Program-made: the position numbers and the translations under genes
The notes under the pieces: generated by a model
What the model was told of the DNA's origin: nothing
Databases searched by the model: none
Seen by the model: the letters and a program-made list of their open reading frames with translations, nothing else
DNA from: Balanoglossus misakiensis
Taxonomy: Eukaryota > Animalia > Hemichordata
DNA: 64,000 nt
NCBI GenBank assembly: GCA_040954595.2
Contig: CM082584.2
Location: forward strand, 12,244,875 to 12,308,874
Direction: 5' to 3'
Shown here: positions 50,501 to 64,000 of the stretch, piece after piece
Position numbering within the stretch: the first letter of the stretch is position 1
How the letters are laid out: each line of letters begins with the position of its first letter

Positions 50501-53500
50501 TCCATCAATATTCATGGCCCATTGCTGGCATGTGATACCAAGTGTCGTGTTTAAGGGTCATTTTTTACTATCAAATTCCATCCATTCATATCGGTATTGT
50601 TACAGAGAGTACTGAAAGTTAATAAGGAACGCGAGCTTCAGCGATAGTGGGTAATTTACAATGAAGAATGTTTGCACAGAGACGCTGGTGCCACTAGTCG
50701 TAAGGGGCGCTCGCAAAAACTAGTTTGAACTCGAGCGTAAATTTTGTTGCTAACCGTGAAATATCTGCGCGAGAAACTGTGTGCCTCTGTTTCATTTCAA
50801 ATCCCAGCTACAAGCAGACATGATTCAAAGTTTCTAACAATCGTTTTGTTGTTATTTAGATTTTTTTGGGGTCCCATGAATTCTTGTGACATACTAAATC
50901 AGGATTTTTTCATTTTTTTTCTGAATGCAAGGGCGTCAGCAAGCCAAAATTTGGACGAATTTCCAGCGTTTGAGAGTGCCTAATATGGCTACACGTATTC
51001 GCACATAAGATGCGATGAATTTCTTGGAACGCCTGAAAATTGTATTCCAAAAATCCCCCAGAGGTTTTCCTTTAGTTGCTCAGATTGAAAAAAATGATGA
51101 GGAGACTATCCCTCAAAGTCACCATGTGTTTGACGTCAGAGAAAAGACTACACCTTTCAAAATCTCAGGCCGAACCAACCAATGAGCATCGACTGAATGA
51201 TCGACTCGTTCACGTCGTCAATCATACTCTGCGGCACATCTGCTCGGCAATTGGGAATTTTCCCAAACACACATAAAACCCCTCCTATTTCTAAGGATAA
51301 TTTCGTCACAATAAGTGATTTATGGTTGCGATATTGACCAAAATTGCAGAAAACGAGGACGGGAAACTAATTTGCAGCGCGCAACCGAATCGAGGGCCAC
51401 AAGAAAAGATTTATTTGAAATTGGGCCGATGGCGAGTAATTCACGTGAGACAGTAATGATGAACATGTGGTGGCTGGCATGACCACTTGCTTCGTTAATT
51501 GGTTCCAAAAATCTGGGCGCTGTCATTGAATAAAAATGACAAACTCATCGAAGGGATATATTACCCTGAGCAAAAACACCAAATTATGTTTTCCGTTTGC
51601 AGTGCTAACAGCATCTGGCAAATAAATACTCGTCCCTTTTTTTGTGAAAGCTGGCGTCCACCAAAATCAATAAAGCATTTTTAACGATGTGCGAATAATG
51701 GAATATCGTTTACAGGCGTTTCCGTGTTTATAATGGCAACGTTTCCTTGATTTTTGGATATATGCTTTTCTCCTATAGTCTGTCAAACTGAGGCAGTGTC
51801 GACCGATCAGATTGCAAGTAATGAGGCAACCATTTTTTCTATCAACACTGCGGATCACGTATACTTTTGAGCAGAAACATCTTCGTTTCTCCACGTATAT
51901 TCGTTAAAAAATTACATGACATTGGCTGTAACTTTAGACCCCCTTCCCCGGAATCTTACTCCATGCACCAGACTCAACATTTTGTTTGACTTCCTAGACC
52001 ATGTTGCAGCGCCCAACATTCTTTGACGAGTACGTCAGAAATGCAGTTGACAAATATAACAAAAATACATGAAAAGCTCTATCAAACATAGGCAGGCAGC
52101 CAGACAAACAGACAGATATACGTTTTATTGAAAGAGACAGAAGATCAATAATGGAGGGGCGGAAGAGGGAGGGGAGAGAAAACGAGAAAAAGAGTTACAT
52201 CTTCCAGTAATCTGGATCTACATTTACATAAGGCATCCCTTTGTCAATCGATCGAGTAGGCGAGATAGAAGGACAGTTAATTCAAACCTACGCTAAGACA
52301 CGACTAAGTATCGATGTCTGGAATTTCCATATGAAACTGTGATTGGACATGTTAGCACAATAGAGCGCATGCGAGAATTAAACTCGGCATTAGCGGCAGA
52401 TTAAACCGAACAATGGAATCTTCCGAGTTTAATCAAACAGAGTGAAAAACTTGTCATCGTTCAGGTGTTGCACAGTAAAAAAGCAACCAGATTGGTGTCG
52501 GATTTGTCCGTCTTCATTCCATAGGCGAGGTTTCTTCGTGACAATTCATAACAAAGCCGACTGAGAGACTTTCATTTGTGGTCAGAAATATTGAGAATGG
52601 AAATCGGATCTCCGAATTTCGCAATTCATCGGAATAATAATCTGTTGGCGTGATTTCTAAATCTTCCTTGACTTTTCATGCCGAATGGCGTGTTTGCAAA
52701 AAACACGTCTTTTGACGTCTTTTTTCCACCCTCGGGGTCTTATGAGAAAACAACCTGTCAAATCAGAGAGGTTGCTTCCTTCCTTCCCGCGCGCAGAACG
52801 TTAAATGTCACAAGTTTGAGGAAACAGTAAGCTTAATGCTCTTTTGTTCGCTGCGAAACTTGAAATGAAGCCGGCGAAGAGATTAAACCGTGGTGCGTCC
52901 TTACTGTACGTACTGCGATATCTACATCCTCAAATATCATCCGGTCGCTGTCTCCCAAATTTGACCCGGGTGGCAAATTGGATGGGATTACTGAACTCGC
53001 GGATTGACACGGCGAGTGTAAGTACGCTATCAGAGGGATTATATTTAAAGTTAAAACTCTGCAAACTATTACCTGAGCAAGTAATGCTACTTGACATGTT
53101 TGACGCTAGAGTCTTTGCCACTATTGATTCCAACGCAAATCGTTGCTTTTTGTGCTCGCTTTAATGATCCATATCCCCTTCGACAAGATAGAATAAAACT
53201 TTTTTAAAGTTGTTTTATCGTAGACTTTTGTGAGAGGTTTTGTGTATTGACATGGCGAGTCAACGCAGAAAAATAAACAAAGCAACAACAAGTCATACAA
53301 ACTAATGTTGGAAACAGCACAAGAATATCATCTGGGCTAGTTATAGTTAATTGCTTTATGAGAATCTGGTAAGAGTCGAACGCATAACCTTAGGCACACA
53401 ATCGCCTAACAAAGGCACTCAGCACTCAGAATGATTGAGTCACATAACCATCCCCATAGTTAAAGTTACAAGAGTTATTTGGAGCCCTGTGACGATGAAG

Positions 53501-56500
53501 AGAGCATAACGATCACTAGTCGACACAGCTGTTACTATAACAGAATGTCATAATACACGTAACCATTACAGAAGGAGTGAAAACGAATTGAAATCTGAAA
53601 GACGCTTATTTTCGATATGCAGCATCGATGAGGAAAACGGGGCAAAAAATTTAATTGAAAGGTGAAGGTATTGACAGTGTGGATGTCCCGCGGGGGAAAA
53701 ACTGAACAGAGACAGTTCATAGATCGCGGCCTCTTCGCAATAATCAATATATTGCTGATAGGAATACGAGGAGATTGGAATATAAAAGTAAGAGACTTAG
53801 GGAATTGACGAAGGAAGGTGTGACTGTGGTTCTAATATGAAAGTGTTGAGAGAGACGGAAAGGTAGGGATGGAGAGAGAGAGGGGGGGGGGAGAGAAACT
53901 TAATACACTAATATAAGAGCCATTTCCCGAACAGACTGTTGCCGAACATTTGCTTCAATAAACTCGTAAATTGCTGCGAAAAGGGTATTATTGACCGCAC
54001 AATATCATAGCCAAGGTGGGATATTGACTTCCAACTGAATCAATCATTTCTTTTACTCATATCGAACAGACGACATGCATAACACTGCCAGAGAGACAGA
54101 ACTATACCTTAATAGCAGATGAGTATAGAAAAAAGATTAACAGACTGACAGAAACAGACATAAAATCTGAATTCTTCTACTATCAGAAACTTCAGATAAA
54201 TTCTAACAATCACAACGTGATACTACAGTCTACAGACTTGAAAAAGTATGGTTGTCTGTCTGCCTCCCTGTCTGCTTTCCTGTCTATCTGCCCCCCCATG
54301 TTTCTATCAATTTAATATTTGCCTTTCCGCGTCCCCGCCACAGTTTTTGTATATGCACGTTACCATGGTGTATGTATTCACTTAATTCAACTATACACAA
54401 AAGCATTTCATTATAAATAAAGTAATATATTTCGGAATAAATCGGGTCCACATCACGCTTCGGGGGAAAACAGGATAATGTAATTACGTGGGTTTTTCAA
54501 TTATGGTCGAATAATTTCGAAAATGTGCATTGCCAAAAATATCAATGAATAATGCGTAAATCTGGGAAGCAATCTTTTTGGATCTTGAATCCCAAACGAG
54601 GAAAATAGCACTGCTTGCGTGTGACGTGTGTAGAACTCCCCATCATTTTGACAGTGCCGAAATGAAGTCACTACTCTTCGTCTCCAGATAGATTCAGTTT
54701 GTGCATATTGTTGCTCGTCTCAAACATATTTAGCGAATTTGTTAGATTAGGAAAAAAATAGTTTGTTACCCACAATGTTATGTGATTTGAACAGCTGAAT
54801 GCGTAAAAGTTTGATTTTATCGGGCTTTTATCGTCTCATTATATGATAGGCCAGCTATATTCACATTCATAAATGTCAAATATTCGCGATCTTTGGCTCC
54901 AAGCAAGAATCGGATCAAAGCCATATTTGACGGATGGTTACCCGGCATCACGCGGCAATCTTTACACCGGTGGATAATTGAAATGCAGAAAATACAATCT
55001 TATATCTCATTTGTTGGATGCATGAAAGAAAAATGCACAAAATCCATCCATCTTAGTGGGTGAAATTAACATGCATCAGTGACACCAGAAGAGAAATGCG
55101 ACAATATGATTAACTCCTCCGATTATCTTGTCAGTCGGTGTAATCGACGATGCGGCCAAGCGCGCTGTCGCAGAAAATGACACGTTCATTATGAACTGCG
55201 GCAATTGCATCCCACACACAGAGTATGTTTCATAACAACCGGGGGCAATCGCGCCAATAGCATACACGCGAGTCCCCCATTGAGTGTAGTCAGCACACAG
55301 GACTAATATCGTCAATTAAGTGTGCACAGGTACAACGTATAATGAATATTATTATTGAAAAAAAATATGAACATGAAGATTTCTACTCAATCATTCCATC
55401 AGCGACATGAAGCTCGGTGACTGCCCGCTCCTGTTGCCTCTATCCTTGTCTTTATTGACAGCGTCATTAAAAGTCGGTATCATGATTTCTGTTTGAATTA
55501 TGAAACCACGCGATCAGAACTAATTACAAAGTAAAGAGACAAAAATCTGTTGTGAAAAGCTAATGCCGCACTTTATGTCCACATATCACACAGGTGATAA
55601 TTATGGCTTATTGCACATGTGCATGTAACACGTTTGCCCATTATTCCTGTGATAATTAGTTGTATGACACTTCTGCGACTTCCAGTTCAAATTATAATCA
55701 TGTGTGTGATTTGTGCACACGGCCTGTAGCATTCAAAGTTTTGTCACTCTGAGGGAAAACTCCCGTAGACCAAATGATGACGTACAGAGAAGTTGTCGGT
55801 TGTTTGGAAGTGTAGTAGAAAGATGAAATGAAAGGCGAAACCACAAAGGGCAGCCCTCACGTATCTGCCATAATTTCCCTCAACCGCATTTTGGCATTTT
55901 GACAATAAACCCGACGGAGTTAGCGATCCGAAAAGATAAAGAGAATGAAGGAGACAGGTGCTTATAGTGGTTGTAAAACGTGACCATCTGATTGATTAAT
56001 TATTCATGTTAGGATGAAGGGAGTTTCCTCGAGCATAGCCGTAAAAATCAGTCTTAGATATTAGTTACTAGACATAACAGAGAGAGGGCGAGGAAGGGAG
56101 GGGGGGGGGGAGAGAGAGTATAACATAAAGAGAAATAGACAGACAGACAAACACCCGGCTACTTATAGCACATGTGCAGAACATCGGTGCACAATTCAGT
56201 AACGCATGCGCAAAGTGTGTACGTTGCACGCAGTCATCAGACCATAGCGTGGTACCGAGGTCACGTGATAATCTACCCAGAACGACGAACAAGATTTAAG
56301 GCAATATTATAGGAACGTGCAGGGTGCTATCGTTGGCAAAGTCTCTCGGCCATTTATTTCATGTTCGCGGGACGCGCAGAGATGGAGAAACGATTTATTT
56401 TCGCGTACACGCTTGATTCATTGATAAATTAACGAGTGGGAACTCTCGGCTGGGAAACGTGCAGACAGCGAGGCGGCGTCATGATCAGGTTTGTCTCTGG

Positions 56501-58134
56501 AGTGGATTATTTATGTATGTCGGAGTCACCTAGGGGACTGCCAGTGACGGATAGACAACTTATGAGGTCACCCCGAGAACAAATCATACTAATTCTTTTG
56601 TTTTGCCCCAACAAACTAGCACGCGCGCATTGAAAAAAAAAATTGACCAGAGAATGATTGCCAACACACACTCCTATTTAATTGACATTGGGGATCACAA
56701 CGTGGTTTTGATATTAATAAATCGTTGCTGACATCCGGGTGAGTAGGGCAAGTGTGAAGGAAATGAAAGACACTGATAAGGCAATGCAGATGAGGATATT
56801 AAGCATGCCCGAGAGACTGCATTAACGACAAAATCTTATTTTGAGAGCTAAGTTTTCTTAAAGCCGTTGCACGAGGGTCAGCACAAATGTTAATAACTTT
56901 ATTGGAACATGCGTTTGCGAGTCGAGCGGATTTCGCCCCGTATTCTTACGCCCGGCCCAGCCACGTTAATCCTGAAGGGATTCACCAATGCCCAGGGAAG
57001 AGACCCAGGAAAGCCCACAAGTCAGAGCGTGAAAGACTCGTGCAGTTTGGAGGTTGAGCACTTTGCCAGCAAGAAACCTGTGTTATTATCATGTTAACGA
57101 GGAGTCTGGCAGCATCTGCACGAGGCACGAGGGAGGAATAACAATGTTTGGAATGTCCCAGGAGTGGCAATTGTAATCGATTTTGCTGAAGTATATCTGG
57201 GGTAAAATAGCCAATAATCTCTGCCGCAGAATGACCTTTGTGGACCGAGCGCGGTCATGTGACGTGTAATAACTCATCTTCACCATCTATGAGAGAAGAC
57301 GGGAAAATTCACTGTCGCTTGATACGCGTACTTCCTGCTTTGGTGTGTTAAATCAATGATGTATTTCATTTTTTGTAGTTGTGGGTTTTTAAATGATTCA
57401 GTGAAGTTGACAAAGCCAACCCTACCCATTAAAAACTGGTGCATTGCTACTAAAGCAGCTTTTGGTGATTTCTTTCCAAAGCAAGGGGCTATTGCAGAAG
57501 GTTATTCCGAACATAAATATAGAAAATATCAATTACTGAGGCCAGTTGTAACAACCAGGAATAAAAATAAAACTTGGAAGATGTCTGACCACTGTCTAAA
57601 TGACAAATTTCCAAATCGGCCATTGGGATGCGCGGCCTGAGCAGTTTCGACAGCCTTTGGCCATATCACCCGCACTGCAACTTAAAATTTACATTTCGCA
57701 CGCGTGTGTGACATCAGAATGACGTCACTGCCCGGAAGGATTAGTGTCTTCTGTCAGCCTTGGTGATATTGGAAAACCAAGAACGTGTGGAAAAGTTATA
57801 AATGACGACATTAATGGGTAATTTGGCGCTGTAAGCCGATCACGCATGAACAAGTGGGACGAGAAATGGATACCGAAGGTTGCAGATGTCATCGTCGAAG
57901 TTCTAAATCTTGGTCGACCTGTGGTGACCCACCTGTCTGTTTGTCATGTTCCCAGCGTTATTTCTTTTAATTATCCTGAACTGTGGCCTGCTTGATCGTT
58001 TGTTAGATGGCCACTGGGCAGTTGATCCGATCTGTTATCACTTGGACATTCTGCATCGATACATGTATCATTCCAATGTCCCGGCGAAGTCGTTGTAATT
58101 ATGTTAAGTCCCCATTTCTCTAAGGGGTATTGCG

Positions 58135-58195
58135 TACGTTGCATTGCATTGTATTGTATATTGGACAAAGTATTGTATTGTAGTGTATTGTATAT
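58135..58195. repeat. Degenerate (ATTGT)n pentamer repeat
   Basis: gcattgcattgtattgtat...gtattgtattgtagtgtattgtat. Confidence 0.6.
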
Positions 58196-60863
58196 ACCGG
58201 TATATTTGAATGAGCAACCCACAATATCCTGCGAGAAATGGTCAGTACAGAGAAATAGTCGTAGATTTTCGGTGGGTAGCACATCCTTAAAAAATTCTCC
58301 ACCATGCACATGGTCATTCGAAGAAGTTTACACTCTCTTTTGACTATATATAGGCATATGGAAATTAGAGGTGACAGTATACCTTTAATGCATAGAATTA
58401 TATTCATCTTCCTGAGGATTGCATCTGACTACGCTTAGCGGTAATTTTCGTCTCAGGGTAGAGATAAAAAGTGTACATCTCTTAAACCCGTCTTTAAAAG
58501 TATTTTAAGAGGTCATTAGAAAAGAACAGACTAGTTAGCCGGGATTCTAGTGTTTACGCCGACGCTATTACCGTCAGTAGATTGGTAATCGTGCAGAGAT
58601 TTAAAAATCACGTGATTGGTTGCAAAAACTAACGCCAACGCGGAAGTTCCACCATGAATTTTTCAAATTGCCTTCACTCTTCTCGCTTACGTACGCTGCG
58701 CAACAGGTCATGGTGATGGGGTTTGCGTTATGTCCAAACGTATCTTACAAATCAAAGGTAGTCTGTAGTGTTGTTCGTCGACATGTCAAGCTCAGATTGC
58801 GAAGAGCAAACTAACAATGGAATCTTGCCGTGGTCGTGATGTTTGGATAAATATTGATATGAATGAGTCTTTCACTGAATAGGAACAAACCGCACGACTT
58901 GAGAGAACATTTCCTTCGTATAATAGAGTGATAAATAGCTTTTGAAAATTATTATGTTGCCATATTCTGTGATGAGGTTACTGAAGTGGCTTCTTTATGC
59001 GTCCTGTTTCCATGGCAGAGAATGTAAAACGAGCGCCCACTCATTTGAGTCAAGAAAAACAAACTAGATATTTACTGGCTTCCGACATGGCTTCGTTACC
59101 TGTCGAGTCGTGATATTGTTAACGTTTCAATGGACTATTTATTGGCATGTAGTACTTGATACCCGTCACAGCCTCTGATGTTGGATCAAAGCTGTTAACA
59201 TAACATTTCAGAGTGCGATTTTGTGAAATCAGGAGCACTTCCTCGAAGGAAAAAAGGTTTTGATGACATGGCGGCTAAACACCCGACGTGTTTATCAGAT
59301 ATAGACACAAATTGTCTATTTGCATTCATACAATGTGTGAAAATAAAACTGTTTCTACAGTTTCTTTACAGCCTGCGATATTGAATTTTCAATCGCGCAA
59401 GTTCAGTTCCGTTCGTGACCTTCTTTCATCTATCTCCCCTGCCCACTCAATCTGTCCTGGCCGATGTTTTGCGTTCATCATCACATAGTTTAAATATTGG
59501 GAAGATATCTCAGTGCAAGGAAGCCGACAAGGTGCTATTATATTCTATGAGACGATTTTAATCTCCGGGTCAGAAGGAGGCAAAGTCCCTAGACGCAGAT
59601 AGATGAGGTCTGCACTTAATAAAAACGACCGCAGAGGAAATGAAAACAAAAAAAGCTAGAAACTCCCTTATGAAACTTAATATATCATCATTTTAACTGT
59701 CTAAGACTGGAGAAGTTATCGATAACCGCTTAATATGTAAAGCTATCATAATCAACCAAATCGTGGACGTCAGAATCTGTCTTTCATATTTGGACGCGGT
59801 CCGCATGAATCTAAATCTAAACCTAACCAGCTTACCTGCATGGTGACAATCAAGTTTTATATGTCGCCATCGGCATGGTAACTTTGTATCAATTACTTGC
59901 CAAACCTCTCACAATTGACCTGATTGGTCTATTTGTCAATTTTCTTCTTCTTCGGGTGTATTAAATTGCGGTAGGGAAGATTGGGCTAATTAGGTGTAGA
60001 CCATTGCGTCATATACAATCGTTAAGTGTCCTCACCGAGAGCGTCTTAAGATACTGATCCCCCATCGGGGTGTGTGTGTGTATGACTGGGTGTACGTCTG
60101 TGTGTGTCTGTCTAAGTGAGCATGTGTGTTGACGTCATGCATCTCTGTGGCCAATCACATATACTGTTGAAATATAATTCGTATAGCATACCGTATACGA
60201 TCGTAACAATAATTTGATACAACTATAATGTAGCTCACGTACATTTAGACTAAAATCATGTTTCGGAAAGATCGGTAGAATAACAAAGTATGAAATGAAT
60301 CGACATGGCCCGCGGCTATAAGCTTGTACCAGAGACTCTAGGATGTGTCTAGCGAAAGGACATACCAAGGAGAATTCAATTTCTACGTAGCTCTTGTCTC
60401 TGGAGACAATTTTAGGTCACGTAAAATGACCTCTTATTGAGTTCTATCTCACTTCATTATTTTCAAGTAAAGTGAAGGCCACTTACATGTCAAATAATTT
60501 CGTAGAGGTTGCAGCTTCACATTTGCACCGCCATTTCATCATCTCCCAGAATGAGAGAAAATTTTGTGCAGATATCAGTCTGATGTGATTGAACGGAAAA
60601 CCTTTGAAGGAATTTTAGCCATTAATCTGCTAATTTTAATCCATGTTAATCATTATGTTGCAAAAGCTACGCGACAGATCTAAACTTATACCATATTAAA
60701 ATTGTAACCACATTGAAACTGTGAAGTGGAAATGTATAAGCAAATAGTATAGAGTCAACTTTGTTCAGTTTGAACAGCGAAACAAATACACTTGTAAATT
60801 GTTGGTTTTCATCAAGAAACTGTGTAAATAAAGTTATCGCTTTGTTGCGGATATTATGGCGAT

Positions 60864-60962
60864 CAGAGAGATAGAGAAAGAAAGGGGAGGGGAAGAGAGA
60901 GAGAGACAGACAGCGAGACAGAGAGAGAAAGAGGGAGAGTGGGAAGGTGAGGGAAGAGAGAG
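60864..60962. repeat. GA-rich polypurine low-complexity tract
   Basis: agagagatagagaaagaaaggggagggg...gagagagacaga... Confidence 0.8.
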
Positions 60963-63900
60963 TATTACGTCGATGGCCCGGAGGAGGAATATGCATAAAT
61001 GAATCGCTCATAAACTACCGAACAGATCTTTGCATACTTGTGGCACCAAACATTAATCACGGCAGAAAAGTGCTTTTAACTCGGCATGTAATCACGACAG
61101 TTCCCGTGGAAGGGTCACTTTCGGTCGACGACGACGGCGACGAACACGATTCGTGACGTTGCGCATTCTAAGAATCTGGGAGACATAAGACATTGGTTAA
61201 CCGTATGGGCGATTTCTGTTTAAATCAATGCGAGAAAAACAAAACTAGCACCCATCATCTAAGTGTGGTCACAGCACTTAGAATGACCTAGCCAGTAGTG
61301 TAACTAGACTATGTATAGTTCGCATAGACACCGAATCATCTGAAGTGTACTGTAAGATTATGCGAATGAATTCACATCTTTCCAGCAGACAGGTCAGTCG
61401 CAACACAGGAAAGTGGGATTTAGATAAACGTCATGAGCACATTGACATGGGATTTGCAACATCAGAAATTAAATAATAAAAACTGCCAAGATATGTCTGT
61501 CTTTTTATGAGAAACCAGCATTCTTGCTTTTCTTTGATCTTCGAAATAAAGATTAACTCCGCTGCTATATTGAACGTTAATCTGAAGTAAGGCAAGCGTC
61601 GCCCGAGCTCGTTATTCGGGGATAGATATAATTTAAACCACTAATTGGCTCTCGGACGGTAGAAAGAACCGATATCATATTATTGGCGTGAATTAACACT
61701 GCGGACTGTGAGGTGACGTTTGGCGGTCAATTGTGCACCGACGTAAAGCCTCTGTCGATTGGATATTAAAATGTATGCCGCAGTGAATAAGGGTGCCCTC
61801 TTGGAAACCAAATCTCTTTATTAAGAAGCTGCCTGCTCACTGCCAAGTCACCTGCTCAATATTCTCGTTCTTGTTATACTCCGTCGTTCGGAAAGTCGTC
61901 ATTCACTTTCTCTCCGATGAATCGCCACTAGCATTAGAGCAACCAAGCCTCATTACCCAGGAGCCGTCGCGGTATAAATTGCAAACTCGCTCGCGGCCAC
62001 TGCTCTTGAATCGACTCGGGTATACAGCGGGACTTTCCGTGTCGCATTTTCGTCGACGGGAATATAGAAGCCTGAACCCTTCAGGGGGAAAGTCGGAAAT
62101 ATTTATGACGAAAGTTGGGGCTTTTCAGATCGAAGAAGGAGAATTGGGGTCAGACTTTGGGTGATGTGATTTATTTTTGCATTGCTTATCCATCCCTGCT
62201 GGCGAATATTTAATGCAGTTTGTGATCGAATGCAGAAAAACGAGGAAATCGACTCCAAAGTTCCCCATACCTTTATTTTAAATACACCATTAATCTAAAG
62301 TACTATATATTGTCTATTTAACCCTGGGTATCACAAAGATACGCGTGCGGTTTAAGACTTGACGAATCTTATCTCCAAGAGATGAAGTGACCCTATGAAT
62401 TCTATTTCACAGAAAATGTCATCGTGAACTTTGAGGGGAGGGAGGGAGGAAGAGGGGAGATATCGCCAGAGATATATAGCTAGAGATAGAGGATGCAATT
62501 TAGTTGAACTTTGGTTATCTTTTAGAATGTATTTAAATGACGTAAAGACGAAATATGAAACTTAAAGTACAAGGAATTCAGGCTAAATATCAATGTGTTC
62601 ATTCTTATCTCAAAAGATTAATACATTTCATCTTAATAACAAACCTCAGAGATAAATGATCCCCAAAGGTAATAAATGCATTTACAAAATGAAACAGACG
62701 AAGTATTTGAATTTTTAATGGAGAGGTTTATCAACATTTCTTTTTTAACCTTCCTGATAGCTTTTTGACACTCCAAAAAGCAGAAATGTAATGTCATATT
62801 CTGATTTGTTCAAGGATTTCTCGCGAATCCTCTACAGAAACATTGGAGACTGAAACTCAGTGAACATCTTCCCCTCAAACCCGTCAATGTGATCACATCA
62901 ATATGCTTCTTATAAAAGGAAGTAGAAGTTAAAACTTTTTCATGTCGATGATTGCATAACGACCGTTTTGGTCGATTAAATTGATACCATTCCACTATTG
63001 CAAACGATCTACACAGTGTTTGCAAGTAGTAATCGTCTCACATGCGCAGACTACAAAGCCATGAACTAGATTCAGGCTTTTCTGGCCAATGAACCAAAAC
63101 GCTAAGAAAGTGCGAAGGATTTCCAAAGCAGCAGAATGATGTTACTTGCCTATATCTGACTAGCCTCGACTTTAGCAAAGAGTTATCAGATTCGGACACG
63201 CTACCGTGAACTTGTCGCGCGACATCACTGCAAGAAGAAAATCGAGCGGTGATCTGTAATTGTCTGTCTGCATTTCATCTTAGCCATCAAGCTTGAACTC
63301 AGTGACATTTCTAGAGTGAAGACATTTACAATATTACACGGGTGTGCCGTTGCAGTTGAATGATCTAATCGATGTAATGATTTCAGATCGGTGAATAATA
63401 GACGAAAAAAATACACGAACTTGGCGAGCGTCACACTTTTATGACGGCAGTTTAAAATATATCCCGCCCTACATCTCAAGAATGTTATGTATGACAGTAC
63501 TTTAAGTGAAGGTTTCTCCTTGGAAAATCGTTCAGATCCTTGACGCATCTTGCCTTTTGTGTCTCAAGCCGGTGATTTTAAAGATATGAGGTTTATGAAC
63601 TTCTACAAAATTGACAATTCATAAATAATCAAAACACAATAAACTTTTATTTCACGAGAGGTTAAGAGTTTGCGCTATAAACAGTGATTTACAGGGTAAA
63701 TAAAAGGTTCAGTGTACTGACTGTCATGGATTGCTATATGAGATCAAAGTTCGCACTGCTGCCTCCGTCAACACCTGGTGATGTCTGTGTGTCTTTGTAT
63801 TTCCTGATGTGTCTATCTGCCTGCCTGTTGCTTTGCCTGCTTGTCTGTCTGTCATTGCTTTTACTTTCAAAGTGAAGTTCTGTTAAGGACGGTCCTCCGG

Positions 63901-64000
63901 TTAAATTCACCAGTGTTCATTTTACAGCGGATCCCTTCAGTTTATTGTTGCAGTCATCTTTGAGGGCATGAGTTATGTTACCGAGATTCTCAAATCATTT

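Noticed and set aside
50700-51080. MITE-like sequence (similar impressions near 7560-7860, 13400-13620, 15120-15420, 46480-46700)
   Set aside because: Paired terminal inverted repeats or target-site duplications could not be demonstrated within the window.
47415-55315. Short ORFs with vaguely protein-like text (47415-47639, 49035-49316, 50213-50615, 52930-53133, 55076-55315)
   Set aside because: No recognisable domain and no consistent splice chain.
1-64000. Prokaryotic features (CRISPR arrays, operons) and tRNA/rRNA genes
   Set aside because: The sequence is spliceosomal-intron-containing animal DNA; no regularly spaced repeat-spacer array or structural RNA gene was seen.

Overview
Eukaryotic, intron-rich genomic DNA, apparently from an invertebrate animal (GT-AG introns, microsatellites, MITE-like repeats, visibly mosaic CpG content). 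I assembled the spliced gene models by hand from splice sites and reading-frame phase. Left to right: (1) the 3' part of a divergent receptor-type tyrosine kinase (+, to 2797); (2) a tandem array of four 4-exon CD225/dispanin (IFITM/PRRT-like) genes (+, 3549-14942), three with PPxY motifs and two with long Asp/Gly-rich C-terminal tails, plus a decayed spliced pseudogene between copies 3 and 4; (3) a VOPP1/WBP1-like Cys-rich single-pass gene (-, partly unresolved); (4) a small secreted or anchored protein made of two tandem 14-Cys modules (-, 18667-20337); (5) a nine-finger C2H2 gene (-) head-to-head with a C19orf44/DUF4614-like gene (+); (6) a CLIP3/CLIP4-like ankyrin plus 3x CAP-Gly gene (+, 31177-38196); (7) about 25 kb of gene-poor DNA with nested repeats, a tandem duplication and possible coding remnants. 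The best candidates for undescribed biology are the diversified dispanin array and the adjacent Cys-rich surface-protein genes. All family assignments are from motif recognition; no database searches were run.
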